A DNA stretch of 64,000 nucleotides, from the NCBI RefSeq assembly GCF_036321535.1, contig NC_087447.1:37264001-37328000 (forward strand). Direction: 5' to 3'. The notes under the pieces are model-generated. The model did not search any database. It had not been told where the DNA came from and worked only from the letters and a program-made list of their open reading frames with translations. The translations under genes and the position numbers were made by a program. Below are positions 62,422 to 64,000 of the stretch, piece by piece; the stretch's first letter is position 1, and each line of letters starts with the position of its first letter. Origin of the DNA: Camelus dromedarius. Its lineage: Eukaryota.

Positions 62422-62583
62422 CCCTGCTCTTCCAAGTGGGGTCCGCACCCAGCAGCATCAGCATCATCTGGAGGCTTGTTAGATGTGAGGAATCTGAGGC
62501 CCTCCCCGATTCTTGCAGAATTAGAGTCTGAATCTCAACAAGTTTCCCAGGTGATCTGTGTGTCCATTAAAGTTTGAGAACTA
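62422..62583. mobile_element. MER5A
   Basis: 'caagtggggtcc...ccagcagcatcagcatcatctgg...gcttgttaga...acaagtttcccaggtgat...aagtttgagaac'. Confidence 0.85.
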
Positions 62584-63454
62584 TTCATATAGTATATGTC
62601 TGCTCTTTATCTCATACAGAATAGCTTTTCAGCTTTTCAAACAACTACTCAGCTATTTGAAATTAATCTTTTATTTTTTTCCTCCAGGCATTTGATAATG
62701 CACTGAACCTCCAAGTAGAAATAAGTGCCGACACACCTAAGGGGTTCTGCACGAGTGAGGCTCAGACCAGGACTGGGCACCAGGTTCCCCTCCAGCCGTG
62801 GGGCTTCACCGCTGACCATAACTGGTTAGCTCTGAGGTCAGCTGCAGACTAGAAAGGGCTCTGGCCTTTGAAGCCATCTTCACTATTTACGGGGTGATGT
62901 ACTTTGTATTTTAAATGAGACCCTCCCAAATAGACTCCCTAGACTTAGCAGAAACACATTCACACAACAGAAGTTGTTTTAATATAATAATACAGCTAGA
63001 ATATAATGTGGAAACCAGAAAATTGTTCAGGATGCAAGATAGTTCTAGAGATTATCCCTCAGAGACCAGAGTGGAGTGCTTCTACCCTCTTCTTGCTACT
63101 AACCAATTACCCTAAGTTTTATCTTATAATTTCTGTTTACTCATAGTTTCTGATGTCTCGTGGTGACCAAGTTGGCCTTCTCCTTGTGTCTTTGCCTTCT
63201 ACTCCTGCTATTAATTGACTATCTCAAGTTTAGATATTTGAGAGAGAAGACCTGGTTTGTTAGTTCATAAACAGTGAAAAACCTGTTTATCAGAGTTCTC
63301 CTGATGGAGCAGTTCATGAGGTACTACCCAGCTTATAGAATTGCTGTCTTAGACCTGTGCCCTCCCTAGATCCAATCAGATCCAAGGATGGTGACTTACG
63401 AAGAAGAAGTACCATAGAAAGGGATGTGTGCAAGTCAGGCCAATTAGTATATTC

Positions 63455-64000
63455 TTCAATTCAATTATTTGTTCTTCACATATTTTCTAAGCATGCATTT
63501 TATCCCAGACACAGTGCCCAGGATAAATACAAATGTATATATATTTAAGACATGGTCTCCTGTATTACAAAGTTCACAGTCTAGTGAGACAGGTAAGCAA
63601 GCAGACAAATATCTCTTATAAGAAAAATGCTATCATAGATATCTATACAGGATGCTATGGAGATAGAGGAGGAGAGATGAATTCTACTTGAAGATGATGA
63701 GGGAAGACTTCATAGAGATGACAACAAATGCATTAGGGACTAAGGTATGAGAAGACAATTTTAGGCAGTGAGTCGGGCAGGGTGTGTTTTGAGATGAAGC
63801 TGGCTATGCTTTCTTGGTGTGGCTGGAAATCAGTTTGGGGGCGCAGGGCCAGAATGACTTAACAGGGTAGGGACTAAGTCACTGAGGGCTTTGGAAGCCT
63901 TCGTGAGGAGTTTGGCTGTATTCTGTAGAACAAGAAGAAAATCCTTGAACGACTTTAGCAGGGGAATATCCCAGTTAGAGTTATGTTTTGGAAAGAGACT
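63455..64000 (-). mobile_element. L2 LINE fragment running off the window
   Basis: 'agacatggtctcctg...ttcacagtctagtgagacag...gagggaagacttcatagag...aggagtttggc'. Confidence 0.8.

Noticed and set aside
1..64000. Naming the specific locus or target gene of the putative enhancers
   Set aside because: No exon or sequence I can positively recognise; any gene name would be a guess

Overview
Eutherian mammal genomic DNA, apparently non-coding (gene desert or large intron). No protein-coding gene, RNA gene or CRISPR array can be supported; the short ORFs are chance frames or retroelement remnants. The background is rich in ancient repeats (MIR, L2, CR1/L3, MLT1, LTR33, MER2/5/53, MADE2). The younger L1 3' ends look cetartiodactyl, and no Alu, B1/B2, Can-SINE, Bov-A, PRE1 or CHR SINEs were seen, tentatively pointing to a camelid-like genome. 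The largest element is a decayed, non-autonomous, apparently mosaic endogenous retrovirus (~1625-7781). It has two LTRs, a tRNA-Ser PBS, an ERV-L/HERV-S-like gag remnant, ~3 kb of AT-rich MER4-group-like internal DNA with no pol, and an env TM remnant. Between the repeats lie about ten repeat-free, AT-rich blocks dense in homeodomain motifs that resemble conserved developmental enhancers, two CpG-rich patches and two strong CTCF motifs. A short L1 insertion appears to carry a 3' transduction. I found no evidence for a wholly new gene system; the best leads are the mosaic ERV and the candidate enhancer array. Repeat family names come from memory of consensus sequences and boundaries are approximate.
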